The notes: generated by a model from the sequence alone, not told the origin. 64,000 nt of DNA from a virus (IMGVR_UViG_3300021958_000057:1103-65102), one strand, 5' to 3'. Numbered from the stretch's first letter, positions 8,524-18,197 are shown. Program-made: numbers and translations.

Positions 8524-8975
8524 TATGATATAGTGGCGTAAACTTTACATGAATTATTTCTTACCATTTCATAATTAATATTCAAACTCAAACCACCCTC
8601 AATCATATGTGAAATTCCATCATCACTTAAAAATTCGTCAATAGGTGTATCTGTGTCTTTACCAAATCTACCACCGAATAATGTTAATGGAATACTAAAT
8701 GAACCACTTTTTCCTTCCATTGTAGGAATAGGCCCACCTAATGCTAAACCAATTTTTCCAAGATTATTTTTTAATCTATTAATAGCGTGTTCTGCAACAA
8801 TATACTCGTGGTCTGCAATTCCACCAACGATTGCATTTAATCGTCTAAGAACTGCTGGATTACCAACTTCAGATGGATTTACTTCAAGACTACCAGCAAA
8901 GTTGTTTGGATTTTCTCCAACAGGCCCAGTAGGGAATCCACTATCTTCTTTCACGAAACTTTTGAAACTTTTCAT
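8523..8975 (-). CDS. Hypothetical protein with a capsid-targeting-like N-terminus
   Basis: Starts MKSFKSFVKED; AAGGA SD upstream. Confidence 0.55.
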   Translation of the reverse strand: MKSFKSFVKEDSGFPTGPVGENPNNFAGSLEVNPSEVGNPAVLRRLNAIVGGIADHEYIVAEHAINRLKNNLGKIGLALGGPIPTMEGKSGSFSIPLTLFGGRFGKDTDTPIDEFLSDDGISHMIEGGLSLNINYEMVRNNSCKVYATIS

Positions 8976-8992
8976 TTTCTTTTCCTTAATCT

Positions 8993-9024
8993 AAAAAGGG
9001 GAGAGAGTTAATCCCCTCTCCCCT
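8993..9024 (-). terminator. Rho-independent terminator
   Basis: Minus strand AGGGGAGAG-loop-CTCTCCCC followed by TTTTT. Confidence 0.75.
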
Positions 9025-9025
9025 A

Positions 9026-9033
9026 TATTTAGG
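9026..9033 (-). promoter_or_regulatory. Possible variant late promoter (CCTAAATA)
   Basis: Shares the TAAATA core of the late consensus; intergenic. Confidence 0.35.
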
Positions 9034-9054
9034 TAGACTATAGATATTACTTAA

Positions 9055-9537
9055 TTAGGAAATATCTATGATGTCAGCGACAATATCTGCACCAACGTCA
9101 GCAAAACCAATGATTGCCCATGCAGAACCAGTCCACATTAACATTGCACTATCGCCATCATCAACAAAGTTGAGGTCAGCATAGCCCAATCTATTTTGAG
9201 GTGTACAGACAGATGCACCTGCATCTGTGTCAGCAATTATCATTTTAATTTGACCTTGCACAGTTCCATCAGCAAGTGTTGTTGCACCATTAGTAGCTTC
9301 TAGTCCTAATAATGTTACAGCAGTTGTAATTGAAATAGCACCAGAGTTCTGTACAGCAGTCATATCTTGAAATGAATTTGAAAATCCGATAAAAGACGGC
9401 AAGTTATTAATGAAGTTAGTTACTGAAACCTTCTTATTAATTGGTGTTCCTGTTGGATCATCAATTATATGAAGTAAATCAGCACCAGCTACACCAGTAC
9501 TTATGTCTGTCAGAGCGGTTACTTTTTTATCAGCCAT
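9055..9537 (-). CDS. Probable virion decoration/fibre protein, tandem copy 2
   Basis: 160 aa, closely similar to 9570..10052; A/T/G/D-rich. Confidence 0.55.
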   Translation of the reverse strand: MADKKVTALTDISTGVAGADLLHIIDDPTGTPINKKVSVTNFINNLPSFIGFSNSFQDMTAVQNSGAISITTAVTLLGLEATNGATTLADGTVQGQIKMIIADTDAGASVCTPQNRLGYADLNFVDDGDSAMLMWTGSAWAIIGFADVGADIVADIIDIS

Positions 9538-9569
9538 GAGGCTTCTCCTTTACAGTTAAATACTAGTTA

Positions 9570-10052
9570 TTAGTTAGCAATATCAATTAAGTCAGCAGGA
9601 ATATCGGCACCTACGTCTGCGAAACCAATGATTGCCCAAGCAGCACCAGTCCACATTAACATTGCAGTATCTCCGTCATCAACAAAGTTTAAGTCTGCAT
9701 ATCCAAGACGAGTCTGTGGAGTACATACTGAAGAACCACCATCTGTGTCGTGAACAATAATCTTGATTTGACCTTGTACAGTTCCGTTTGCAAGAGTTGT
9801 TGCTACGTTATTTGATGTAGTTTCTAGTAAAGAAACAGCAGTTGTAATAGATACTGCAGCTGTTTGCTCTGAAGTAAAATCTTGAATTGAATTTGAAAAT
9901 CCAATAAAAGATGGTAGGTTATTAATAAAGTCTGTTACAGATACTTTCTTATTAATAGGTGTTCCAGTAGGGTCATCTACAACATGAAGTAAGTCTGCAC
10001 CAGCTATGCCTGTTGACAAATCTGTCAAAGCGGTAATTTTCTTATCGGCCAT
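9570..10052 (-). CDS. Probable virion decoration/fibre protein, tandem copy 1
   Basis: 160 aa, MADKKITALTD...[17 protein letters not shown]; paralog of 9055..9537. Confidence 0.55.
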   Translation of the reverse strand: MADKKITALTDLSTGIAGADLLHVVDDPTGTPINKKVSVTDFINNLPSFIGFSNSIQDFTSEQTAAVSITTAVSLLETTSNNVATTLANGTVQGQIKIIVHDTDGGSSVCTPQTRLGYADLNFVDDGDTAMLMWTGAAWAIIGFADVGADIPADLIDIAN

Positions 10053-10103
10053 TTGGCTTCTCCTTTAATCTAAACCCTCTTAATTGAGGGAATGTTACTG
10101 TGG

Positions 10104-10325
10104 TTATTTATCCACATCACTTGAGTCAGAAACCACTTCTGGCTCAACATTATCAATTTCTTGTAAAAAGTTATCACATTGTTGTTTTGCACCCATAAGT
10201 GCATTTAACAATGCAACACTTTCTATTTTTTGTTGTTCTAGTTCTGACATCTTTTGTCTGGCTTTTTGTATATCAGAATCTAAAATAGTTATTCTTTTTT
10301 TTATCATATTCTTAGTAATAGTCAT
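10104..10325 (-). CDS. Small coiled-coil hypothetical protein
   Basis: ORF track 10104..10331; ATG at 10325 follows a GAGG SD. Confidence 0.55.
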   Translation of the reverse strand: MTITKNMIKKRITILDSDIQKARQKMSELEQQKIESVALLNALMGAKQQCDNFLQEIDNVEPEVVSDSSDVDK

Positions 10326-10352
10326 TTTCACCTCACTTAATCATTACAAAGT

Positions 10353-10360
10353 TATTTATA
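10353..10360 (-). promoter_or_regulatory. T4-type late promoter
   Basis: Exact TATAAATA, intergenic. Confidence 0.75.
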
Positions 10361-10364
10361 AGAG

Positions 10365-11252
10365 TTAGGATACTGTCATTGTTGCATCTGCATCAGCAGT
10401 TAGTGTTAAGTCTGCAGCCATTCCAGTACCATTATCAACAGTCATAAATGCACCTAAATCTCTACTTGAACTATCTGTTCCATCTAGTGTGATAAATGAT
10501 TCTGCGTCATCAGTATCATCTAATGCAGTTGTACCACTCTCCATTTTAATTTTATCATCAGCAACAAGTTTCTCTATTGTTCCACTATTTAAAGAGATTG
10601 CATCATCAGAATTAATACCTAGTGTATTGTTTGTTACATTTGATGTTCTGGTGTCTGTACTCGCTGGTAGAGAAAATGCCATAATACCCTCTGATAATAC
10701 AGATACACTTGAATTAAAATCCATTGTTGTTCCAAAAGTTGAATCTAATGCACTTGCTTGTTTTAATTGTAATTGTGGTGTGCCAGTTACATGAATTGGT
10801 TCGTTGAAGTAAACATATGCAGTTACATCTCCAAGTGTTGATGATGCAACACCAGTAAACGTATCTCCGTCTGGAAAAAATGCTGTCTTATCAGTTGTAC
10901 TACCTAATGTAATATGTGTAGGTGTAGGAACGTCAATAGACTTCTGTAAATTTCTACTACAAACCAGAACCTCTGGTTGTGCAGCCTTGTTATCGTTTCC
11001 AGAGTTTGCATTGCCAGGTGTAAACACCCACCCAGAATTAGTAGCAATTACTTTCTCTTTTGCATACGGACTATCTCCGTTTGCTCGTTCTGTTAAATAT
11101 GATGGTTTAGCTTCAGAAGCACTTGCATCAACAGCAATTAATCTGTCACCTTCATCAGTATTAGCAGCTGTTCTGTCTAGTAATACAAATCCATCATTTT
11201 CTGATTCACTTGCATCTTCCAAAACTACATTAAAACTTTTTCCAAAAGGCAT
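10365..11252 (-). CDS. Acidic, probably structural protein with 'LLD-x-T-AA/DG...D-x-G' motifs
   Basis: 295 aa D/T/S-rich; central VYFNEPIHVTGTPQLQL resembles an Ig-like strand; late promoter upstream. Confidence 0.5.
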   Translation of the reverse strand: MPFGKSFNVVLEDASESENDGFVLLDRTAANTDEGDRLIAVDASASEAKPSYLTERANGDSPYAKEKVIATNSGWVFTPGNANSGNDNKAAQPEVLVCSRNLQKSIDVPTPTHITLGSTTDKTAFFPDGDTFTGVASSTLGDVTAYVYFNEPIHVTGTPQLQLKQASALDSTFGTTMDFNSSVSVLSEGIMAFSLPASTDTRTSNVTNNTLGINSDDAISLNSGTIEKLVADDKIKMESGTTALDDTDDAESFITLDGTDSSSRDLGAFMTVDNGTGMAADLTLTADADATMTVS

Positions 11253-11274
11253 CTTTCTCTCCTTATTTTCCTAT

Positions 11275-11282
11275 TATTTATA
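11275..11282 (-). promoter_or_regulatory. T4-type late promoter
   Basis: Exact TATAAATA, then an AAGGAG SD and the ATG at 11252. Confidence 0.8.
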
Positions 11283-11283
11283 A

Positions 11284-11799
11284 TTATTTGAAACCTAATC
11301 GTTTCAATTCGTTTAAAGTTTTTGGAACAGCAGTATGGTGTATACCAATACCACCTTTAGCCTCCCACTCTTTAATATTTTTAATATAGTCATCAATAAG
11401 GACATTTGGTTTTCCATCAGTTTGAGCAAATGCTTGTTTCTGTGAACGCATTACCAAGTGTATATTACCTCTCTTAAAATTAGTATTTTTAGAGAGCCAC
11501 TTCATTTTTCCAGACTTTGAGTTTGGGTCTTTACCAGAATATGCAGAGAGTATATGTGCATCATATCTTAAAATACTTTGTACTATCTTCTTTGCACCTG
11601 GCATCCACTCTAAGTTCGCCCAAAAATCTTTCGTATTAGTAATCTTTTCCCACCTTGTTTGTTTGTTTGCAAGAGGAAAAGGCATACCAATAACCTTTTC
11701 TGCACCTTTTAGAAAGTCACAGAGAACCATATCCATATCACAATAGATTGATGATAAGTCCTCTTTGCTTACTTCTAATAGGTCTTTTAAACTTTTCAT
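11284..11799 (-). CDS. HAD-superfamily phosphatase, 5'(3')-deoxyribonucleotidase (NT5C)-like
   Basis: Motif I YCDMDMVLCDF, motif II ILSA, motif IV VLIDD, and the C-terminal WEAKGGIGIHH typical of phage NT5C-like enzymes. Confidence 0.75.
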   Translation of the reverse strand: MKSLKDLLEVSKEDLSSIYCDMDMVLCDFLKGAEKVIGMPFPLANKQTRWEKITNTKDFWANLEWMPGAKKIVQSILRYDAHILSAYSGKDPNSKSGKMKWLSKNTNFKRGNIHLVMRSQKQAFAQTDGKPNVLIDDYIKNIKEWEAKGGIGIHHTAVPKTLNELKRLGFK

Positions 11800-12347
11800 T
11801 ACTTAACATTCTTCTTTCCAATAGAAGTTTCAGTCTTCACTTTTTCTTTCATATCTGGGTCAACACTAACTTTGGTCATTGGTTTCCCAGTCATAGTCTT
11901 ATCTTCCTTTTTAGAAGATTTCTTTTCTTCTTTCTTTTCAAATGGATTATGTCCTTCTTCTACACCCCACATATTAGCAAGTACTGAACGCATAGAGTTA
12001 TTCTTCTCTTGCATCATGTTTACTTGTTTATTCCAATCTTCTGTAGTTTGGCCAGGAGTAACTTTCTTTGTATGGTCTGCATACTCTTTAGTACCCATCT
12101 CATATGCCTCATTATTATCTTTCTTCATTGCTTTAGCAACTGCCTTACGTCTTTTTGCAAGATACTTATCAGATGCATCCTTATCTCCATCATTGTCTAT
12201 ATCACCATCTTCTTTACCAACTGGATCAAGTTTTTCTTTTACTTTTTTTTGTTCTTCTATTTGAGATTTTACTCCACTTACAGCATTAAGAATTGCTTCC
12301 TCAAGACTGCCTGGCTTTCTCTCAAAATATTTACTGTTATAACTCAT
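11799..12347 (-). CDS. Highly charged protein with a DxDxDG (EF-hand-like) motif
   Basis: KLDPVGKEDGDIDNDGDKD; K/E-rich. Confidence 0.5.
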   Translation of the reverse strand: MSYNSKYFERKPGSLEEAILNAVSGVKSQIEEQKKVKEKLDPVGKEDGDIDNDGDKDASDKYLAKRRKAVAKAMKKDNNEAYEMGTKEYADHTKKVTPGQTTEDWNKQVNMMQEKNNSMRSVLANMWGVEEGHNPFEKKEEKKSSKKEDKTMTGKPMTKVSVDPDMKEKVKTETSIGKKNVK

Positions 12348-12348
12348 G

Positions 12349-14625
12349 TTATTTCCCCTTTACAGTATTGAGCAAGTCTTTGTAAGACTTTGCAATTGAA
12401 TTTTGAAACTTCAATTTATCATCTGAAGTTCTCATTTTCATGTGCATATCTATTGCTTTTTGTGCAATTCTCATATCCACTTTCTTTTTACCATCTGCAA
12501 ATTCTACGTCTTTATTTCCTCTCATGGAAACAGACTTTCTAAGTTGCATGATAATATTCTTTCCAGCGTTTTCTATGTCTTTATCAGTTGCAGTATTATC
12601 TACATCTGCTGGGTCTACTTTCTCTGTAAGAGTTTGATATCCCATACGAATATTAGATACTTGTTCAATTAATTCAAGTTCTTCTTTATACATATTTAGT
12701 TCAAATGGTTTAGAACCACCCTTATTGTAAACTTGGATTTGTAGATTTCCACCTTTGCCTTTTAGTTTGTAGGTATTAGTTTTACCCTCTGAAGGTTTCT
12801 TAGGCCCAGTTGCAACTTTATTGTCAATTTCTTTTGGGTCTACTGTGATACCCATTTTCTTTTTTGCGTAATCATATGCGTGTTGCATTGCACTACTAAA
12901 GTCTTTATGATAAAGGTCGTACTTTTCTTCAAGTTCTTCACTTTTCATACTTCTATGTTTAAATGCAGTTCTAGTTAATGGTTCGCCTTCTTTTGCATTT
13001 GGATACATTTGTAAAAAAGTATTTGGGTCATTTCTACCAATAACATCTAAAATTTGCTCAAGTGGGTCTGTATCTAAATTACCAATAAACTTTTTAAGTT
13101 TCTCCCTTGAAGCTGGGTCTGATGCTTGAACATATAATGCTCTTGCCTTTTCAAAATCTTTCTTGTCCATACCACCAGTTTTTGCAAGGTCAGCTAATGC
13201 TTTTGCACCTTTTTCTTGTGGTTTAGTATCTTTGAAAGAACCAGGCTTATATGCCATTTCATTAACTTCTTCTTTAAGTTGAGATTTGTCAACTGTATCA
13301 CCAATACTCTGTGCAGTTTTTAGTCTTGCCAGTTTTAGAGGTGCAACATCTTTGAATCTCTTCTCTAGAGAACGTCTGTCTAGTTTCAAATCTCTTTCAT
13401 CACTACCCATTGAATAGATTTTCATATCTTTTCCAACAAGAGCATATTTCATCTTTGGTGCTTCTTCTAGTGTTTCTTCTTTAACTTGTTTAAATGTAGC
13501 ACTTCTACCATACGCCATTTTTATAAAATCTTTTATTTTATTTGCATCACCTGTAACTTTTATACTATCTTTACCAAATGGTTTTGCATCAAATTTAACA
13601 CCCTTGAAACTAGGGCTTCTGTGTGCGTTGTTCATTGTTGCGGCAGTAGATTTAGGATCATCTATGTTGCCAACAATCATGGTTACGTTAGATGCTTCAT
13701 CAATCTCAACACTTTCTTCATTCATAGCTTTCTTTAATAACTTATCAGTCATGTCGGTTGTCATGCCAGATGTAGTCGCATCACCAGTTGAACTTCTACC
13801 GATAACAGTTCTTAAAAAATCACTTACTTTTTTCTTTGGGCCGATAACTCTAACACTTGCACCAACTGATGCAGACCTAAGACCTAACCCTCTAGCATTT
13901 TTTGCTACTTGTGCTGCAATCTTTTTTGTATCACCTTTTTTAATAAAGATATCTTCTTGTGCTTCATCAAGTATTTCTTCTTTTATATCTCCAACCTTTG
14001 CACCAGGCGAGTTAAGAACATAATTAGTATCTGGGCCTTTGCGAACTGTGGCACCAGTTTTCTTTACTAACTTCATCATATCTGATTTACTACCACTTGC
14101 AACAACTTTATTTTTTAACACATGATGATACATTGCTTCATCAAGTTCAACTTCTTCTGTAGTAGGAACTAAAAAGTAATCTCTAAGTTTATTCATACTG
14201 TTAGATGAAATAGCAAGTTTGTTAGTCCACCAACTTGGTAATGAATCTTCTGGATTCATACTTTGTAGTTTTGATGATATTTGCATTGCATCTTCAATCA
14301 TAATTTTACATTGACGAATTGCAGAAGCAACATCTGTATGTCCATCTTCATTTACTTCTTTTTTTTCATTTGTTTCTGCGTGTTTCTTCATCATATCTTG
14401 AACAATGTCACTTTCATACTCATCTGGAAATTTCTTCTTAACATCTTTCATAAGAGCACTTGTATTACCCTTATATTTTCTATCACTAACCATTCTCTCT
14501 ATGTCTTTTTGTGTCATAGGATTGACTCTGGCAGTCTTTTTTCTAAAGGCTGTACTTGTGACTCTTTCACTAAGCAACTTTTCTTCTATTTCCTTTACCT
14601 CATTTAATAGTGTTGACATTCTCAT
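12349..14625 (-). CDS. Large modular protein, probable head-internal polyprotein
   Basis: 758 aa built from short basic modules separated by EE(V/L)E(L/I)DE-type linkers. Confidence 0.55.
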   Translation of the reverse strand: MRMSTLLNEVKEIEEKLLSERVTSTAFRKKTARVNPMTQKDIERMVSDRKYKGNTSALMKDVKKKFPDEYESDIVQDMMKKHAETNEKKEVNEDGHTDVASAIRQCKIMIEDAMQISSKLQSMNPEDSLPSWWTNKLAISSNSMNKLRDYFLVPTTEEVELDEAMYHHVLKNKVVASGSKSDMMKLVKKTGATVRKGPDTNYVLNSPGAKVGDIKEEILDEAQEDIFIKKGDTKKIAAQVAKNARGLGLRSASVGASVRVIGPKKKVSDFLRTVIGRSSTGDATTSGMTTDMTDKLLKKAMNEESVEIDEASNVTMIVGNIDDPKSTAATMNNAHRSPSFKGVKFDAKPFGKDSIKVTGDANKIKDFIKMAYGRSATFKQVKEETLEEAPKMKYALVGKDMKIYSMGSDERDLKLDRRSLEKRFKDVAPLKLARLKTAQSIGDTVDKSQLKEEVNEMAYKPGSFKDTKPQEKGAKALADLAKTGGMDKKDFEKARALYVQASDPASREKLKKFIGNLDTDPLEQILDVIGRNDPNTFLQMYPNAKEGEPLTRTAFKHRSMKSEELEEKYDLYHKDFSSAMQHAYDYAKKKMGITVDPKEIDNKVATGPKKPSEGKTNTYKLKGKGGNLQIQVYNKGGSKPFELNMYKEELELIEQVSNIRMGYQTLTEKVDPADVDNTATDKDIENAGKNIIMQLRKSVSMRGNKDVEFADGKKKVDMRIAQKAIDMHMKMRTSDDKLKFQNSIAKSYKDLLNTVKGK

Positions 14626-14629
14626 GTTC

Positions 14630-17600
14630 TTATCCTTTCATCAAATCTGTTACAGACTTGGCACTCCAAAACTTACATGACCAATATCTTGCTTTATACT
14701 TAGGGCCAGGATTGTCGCAATTGTGTCTTGCACGAAAACTTTTTCTTCGTTCTGGGTCATCTCGTTTGATTTCCATATTAGGGTCACCAAACTCAACCTT
14801 TACAACATTTCCTTTGTCATTTTTGACATAAACCTTATATTTTTTAACATCACCTCTTGTTGGATTATTTAGTTCTTTTCCACTCTTATCATCTTTTTCT
14901 GTCATCTCACCCCATGCATTTCTCATCATCATTCTGTAAGGTGAATCAGTTGGTGACGTAAGAGTTTTCATTCTTTGAAATTTACTTACACCAGCTTTAC
15001 CTTTTTTTGGCACTTTTAAATTTTTAAGTTTCTTATCTTTTTTTAAAACACCCTCAATATAATTTAACATTTCCTCACCCTTTGCTCTTTTCATCTGTGC
15101 AGCTGAGGGAGCTCCTTTTGCACCTTTCTTTCTCATCTTCTCACCAGAACCTCTTTTGATTCTTTGTCTTTTCTTGTGTATGTTTGCCCAAAGACTTTCA
15201 TCAATATCTGTTCTACCAAAGCCTGGTTTTGGGTCACCTTTTTCTATGGAGTCAATATGTTGTTTCATGTAATCATCTACATCATCTGCAAGTCCAAGTT
15301 CTCCAGCAGTTGACATAATTTTATTATACAATTCTTTTGCTTTTACTTTTTGTTCGTCTGTTGCTTCTCCAGCATCCATAACTTCTTTTTCTAACTTATA
15401 GAAATCATCTTGTAATCTTACAAGTGGTTCAATGTTTGGTTTATCTTTATTTGCACTCATAACCTTTTGTGCAGAACCACACATATAGAAAAACTTTGTA
15501 GTATAATTACCTACTGTGATTTCGTGTTCTGGTTGTTCTTGAATAGTTTCTTCCTCTAAACAATCATCACAACAAGCACCAATCTTTTCTAACATCTGGT
15601 CATGGACTTCGTTTAGTTTCCACCACCAGTCATCTTCATATCTCAACTGGTAAATTGCTCTTGTTTGATTAGACTCAAACCATTCGTTTACACTTTCTGG
15701 CCCTAGAACCTCATGTCCTTTTGTTTTCTTCTTTGGTATCATACCTAATTCTTTTTCACTAAAATCTAAGTCAGTAGAAGTATAATTATCAGTTACTTTT
15801 TTCTTTATAACATTATAACCAGATTTAGTTAAATCTTTAAAAAACTTTTGAATATCTTTACCACCAACATCATCTTTAACATTAAACTTACTAAGGTCAT
15901 CAGCATGATAATCTCTTAATTTATGTTTTTTAACCAGTTTATCAATAGTCTTTACATGAGGTTCTTTTCCAGTTCTTATAGGTTTCTCGTCTGGAGCATC
16001 TATTTGAAACTCTACACCAAAAGTTTTTGTTACTGTTTTCTTTTCTTCTATTTCAACTTCTTCACTTGCACGAACTTTATCTGCAAGGTCTTTGTCTGCC
16101 TTACCCCATGTACCAGATGACTTTGTTGTAAATGAGTTAACTCTTGCAAGTGCCCATTGTTGTGGAGTTGCCCCTGGCCTATGTCCAGTTTTATATGCAG
16201 CCATTCCTCTATCATATACCTTTTTCAATATAGAATAAGGCATACCAGTTTTCTTTGCTTTGTTAACAAGAGCAGTAATCTTTTCGTCTAAGTGATAAAT
16301 CTCCATATCTACTTCCTCATTTTTGTCTTTTTTATCTAGATAGGCTGCAACTGCCATATCTTTAATTTTTTTATCTGATTTACCTTTAAACTGTGGTGCA
16401 TCTGATTTTCTAAAATCGTCTACATAATCTCCAACATCTGCGTTCTTACCAAGTTTTTCTTTGATACCAAGTTTCTTTCTCATATCATCAATCTGTTTCA
16501 TAATCTCTTTGTGTTTAGGAGAACCAGCAGGAGCTCTCATTCCTTTATTATAAAGTTTTAGTAGTTCTAATGGTATTTTAATATCTTTCTCACCATACAT
16601 CTGTTTAAACTTCTTAGTATGTTTAGATGGTTTAGTTGTTGCAGATTTATCTCCAGGCGCAGGCCCTTTCTTTCCTTTTTCAAAGTGTCTTGCACGAGCT
16701 TGTTTAGTAGACTTTGACATTGCATCGCCTTCAGTATCTTTTGCATAATACTTTGCTGGTTGTGTACCCTCTCTATCTTTAACATCTTTATCTTGTTTTG
16801 TATCTCTTTCTCTAAGTCTAGGTTCTCTACGATTATCAGATGGTTCTTCGTTTTTAAGATTACTTGGGTCATTGTTCATAGGATTATTATCTATGTGTCC
16901 AACATCCATACCTTTAACTGCATTATCACCCATGACTCTACGAGCTTTGTTTCTAGAAGAACGTCTTGCAATTTGTTCTGGAGTTCCTTGATAATTTGCA
17001 TATTCTTTCTTGTAATCTCTTTCTACAATATCATATAACCAAGTCTTATGTACTTTATTGTTTTCATCTACAAATGATAAGTAGTTTGTACCTTTGTTAA
17101 TTACTTTACCTTTTATACCTTTTGATTCTACTATGTCACCAATATTCCAGAGTTTTCCAGTCAGATATAAATCTCTTAGAGATTCAAAGTCAGTCATCTC
17201 TCCCATATCTTTTTCTTCACGAATGCCCATGTTTTTACGAACATCATTGTATAGTTTAAGTGCATCTCTAAAACCAGATGGAACACCAGTCTTGAAAGTA
17301 TCAAAATCTCCAGCAGAAGCTGCAGCTCTCATCTTTGATGCAGACATACCAGAAACACCCTCTGCATCTGGGTCACGCTCTCCAGCAGATACAACTTCTA
17401 TATTATCAAAACCATAATATCCATGTCTACCATTTACACCATTATATTTGTTGAGTAAACCCTCAAACTCTGTAACTCTATCAGAACCAACAACCATAAC
17501 AATTGCTCTATGACCTTTGTTATGTAATTCAACTGCAATGTCAAATACCATTTTGATTTTTTTATTTGCCATAATATTCTTTGCATACTTTGGAAACATC

Positions 17601-17821
17601 TTTCTCATGTATGCAACTTTTAGTGCAAAGGGTAATGGGTCTTTCTTTGGATTCTGTGATTGTGATGAAAACACATACATCTTAGAACCAGCATTTTTAG
17701 ACTGTTCTCTTGCAAGTGCATCAATTAATTTTTCGTGTCCAGTTGTAGGTGGATTGAATCTACCAAAAGTAAAGATTGCAGTATCACCTAACTTTTCAGT
17801 TATTTGAGAAAAATTACGCAT
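14630..17821 (-). CDS. Multidomain protein: N-terminal HIGH-superfamily nucleotidyltransferase (cyanophage 'cytidyltransferase'-like), an HNH-like module and many small modules
   Basis: FTFGRFNPPTTGHEKL, VVGSDR, SAGERDPD and MSASKMR motifs; HNH-like DVGHIDNNPMNNDPSNL. Start moved to MRNFSQITE at 17821 (8-nt overlap with the upstream gene). Confidence 0.75.
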   Translation of the reverse strand: MRNFSQITEKLGDTAIFTFGRFNPPTTGHEKLIDALAREQSKNAGSKMYVFSSQSQNPKKDPLPFALKVAYMRKMFPKYAKNIMANKKIKMVFDIAVELHNKGHRAIVMVVGSDRVTEFEGLLNKYNGVNGRHGYYGFDNIEVVSAGERDPDAEGVSGMSASKMRAAASAGDFDTFKTGVPSGFRDALKLYNDVRKNMGIREEKDMGEMTDFESLRDLYLTGKLWNIGDIVESKGIKGKVINKGTNYLSFVDENNKVHKTWLYDIVERDYKKEYANYQGTPEQIARRSSRNKARRVMGDNAVKGMDVGHIDNNPMNNDPSNLKNEEPSDNRREPRLRERDTKQDKDVKDREGTQPAKYYAKDTEGDAMSKSTKQARARHFEKGKKGPAPGDKSATTKPSKHTKKFKQMYGEKDIKIPLELLKLYNKGMRAPAGSPKHKEIMKQIDDMRKKLGIKEKLGKNADVGDYVDDFRKSDAPQFKGKSDKKIKDMAVAAYLDKKDKNEEVDMEIYHLDEKITALVNKAKKTGMPYSILKKVYDRGMAAYKTGHRPGATPQQWALARVNSFTTKSSGTWGKADKDLADKVRASEEVEIEEKKTVTKTFGVEFQIDAPDEKPIRTGKEPHVKTIDKLVKKHKLRDYHADDLSKFNVKDDVGGKDIQKFFKDLTKSGYNVIKKKVTDNYTSTDLDFSEKELGMIPKKKTKGHEVLGPESVNEWFESNQTRAIYQLRYEDDWWWKLNEVHDQMLEKIGACCDDCLEEETIQEQPEHEITVGNYTTKFFYMCGSAQKVMSANKDKPNIEPLVRLQDDFYKLEKEVMDAGEATDEQKVKAKELYNKIMSTAGELGLADDVDDYMKQHIDSIEKGDPKPGFGRTDIDESLWANIHKKRQRIKRGSGEKMRKKGAKGAPSAAQMKRAKGEEMLNYIEGVLKKDKKLKNLKVPKKGKAGVSKFQRMKTLTSPTDSPYRMMMRNAWGEMTEKDDKSGKELNNPTRGDVKKYKVYVKNDKGNVVKVEFGDPNMEIKRDDPERRKSFRARHNCDNPGPKYKARYWSCKFWSAKSVTDLMKG

Positions 17822-18197
17822 CTGATTTAGAACTCCTTGCATCTTTTACTTTTTGTATTTCTTTTTTCTTTACAACTTTTACAGATTTCATTGCAATCTT
17901 ATTAATCATACCACTATACCTTGCAGATATAATTTGGTCAACCTTTATTCTTTGTGCAATAGGCATTTCTTTATATTTTGGAAAAAATTTATCTAAGACT
18001 TTTTGTTTTGCTAACTTTGCAGCTTTAACTTTAATCTTTTCTGGAGATGCAACTTTTAGTTTTGACTTTTCTACTTTCTTTTTAAAAGCAGAAGTTTTAG
18101 TTAATCGTTTCATACGAATAGCTGCTTTTCTTCTTGCAGCTTTATTTACAACTTTTAGTTCTGATATATCAGAATATAGTTCTAAGAAAGTTTTCAT
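17814..18197 (-). CDS. Very basic hypothetical protein (possibly nucleic-acid binding or core)
   Basis: K/R-rich, 127 aa; starts MKTFLELYSDISE. Confidence 0.55.
   Translation of the reverse strand: MKTFLELYSDISELKVVNKAARRKAAIRMKRLTKTSAFKKKVEKSKLKVASPEKIKVKAAKLAKQKVLDKFFPKYKEMPIAQRIKVDQIISARYSGMINKIAMKSVKVVKKKEIQKVKDARSSKSDA

Noticed and set aside
9055-10052. Possible diversity-generating retroelement template/variable repeat pair
   Set aside because: Both copies are intact genes, the differences are not adenine-specific, and no reverse transcriptase is in the window.
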